Shown here piece after piece: positions 27,062 to 27,073 of a stretch of 27,073 nucleotides of DNA. The notes beneath the pieces were generated by a model, which saw nothing but the letters and a program-made list of their open reading frames with translations, searched no databases and was not told where the DNA came from. Position 1 is the first letter of the stretch, and each line of letters opens with the position of its first letter. The position numbers were made by a program, and so were the translations under genes. The DNA is from a bacterium (lineage in GTDB: Bacteria; Zhuqueibacterota; Zhuqueibacteria; Oceanimicrobiales; Oceanimicrobiaceae): positions 1 to 27,073 of the forward strand of contig JBHHXN010000061.1 in the NCBI GenBank assembly GCA_046757025.1. The letters are read 5' to 3'.

Positions 27062-27073
27062 AATTAATTAGTG
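27062..27073. repeat. probable start of another TAATTA-bounded element (truncated by window edge)
   Basis: AATTAATTAGTG matches the left ends of elements A (AATTAATTAGAG, 8581) and B (TAATTAGTG, 8736). Confidence 0.4.

Overview
Bacterial chromosomal window from an LPS-containing diderm. The long OstA-type LptA and the HslV propeptide hint at an FCB-related lineage, but that is inference only. Apart from a Phd/YefM-RelE/ParE toxin-antitoxin pair at the left end, every supported gene is on the minus strand. In transcription order these are lptC-lptA-lptB-rpoN-hslV-hslU-argF-GNAT-GT4, GT9, a small Cys4 protein, a CBS protein, an FAH hydrolase, an S8 subtilase, an M61 peptidase, a TPR hypothetical, thiI-MDR oxidoreductase, a hypothetical, and an orphan nuoN-eIF2B-like-pepA. 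Most of this is housekeeping, and the more interesting signals are non-coding. (1) A textbook-geometry but R-box-mutated attC site lies in front of the self-promoted TA module, suggesting a decayed integron cassette. (2) A tandem pair of nested MITE-like elements is delimited by shared TAATTA hexamers upstream of thiI, with relatives near 11.9 kb and at the window end. (3) A promoter-to-terminator ~90-nt unit upstream of thiI contains a GGA run that can be read as an Arg-rich leader ORF. Protein-level oddities include a subtilase with a duplicated prodomain and a GGGCC-TM-basic C-terminal tail, an eIF-2B-family protein lacking the isomerase catalytic Cys, and a stand-alone nuoN. No rRNA, tRNA, CRISPR array, integrase or transposase was seen. 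No clearly new multi-gene system is demonstrable from sequence alone.
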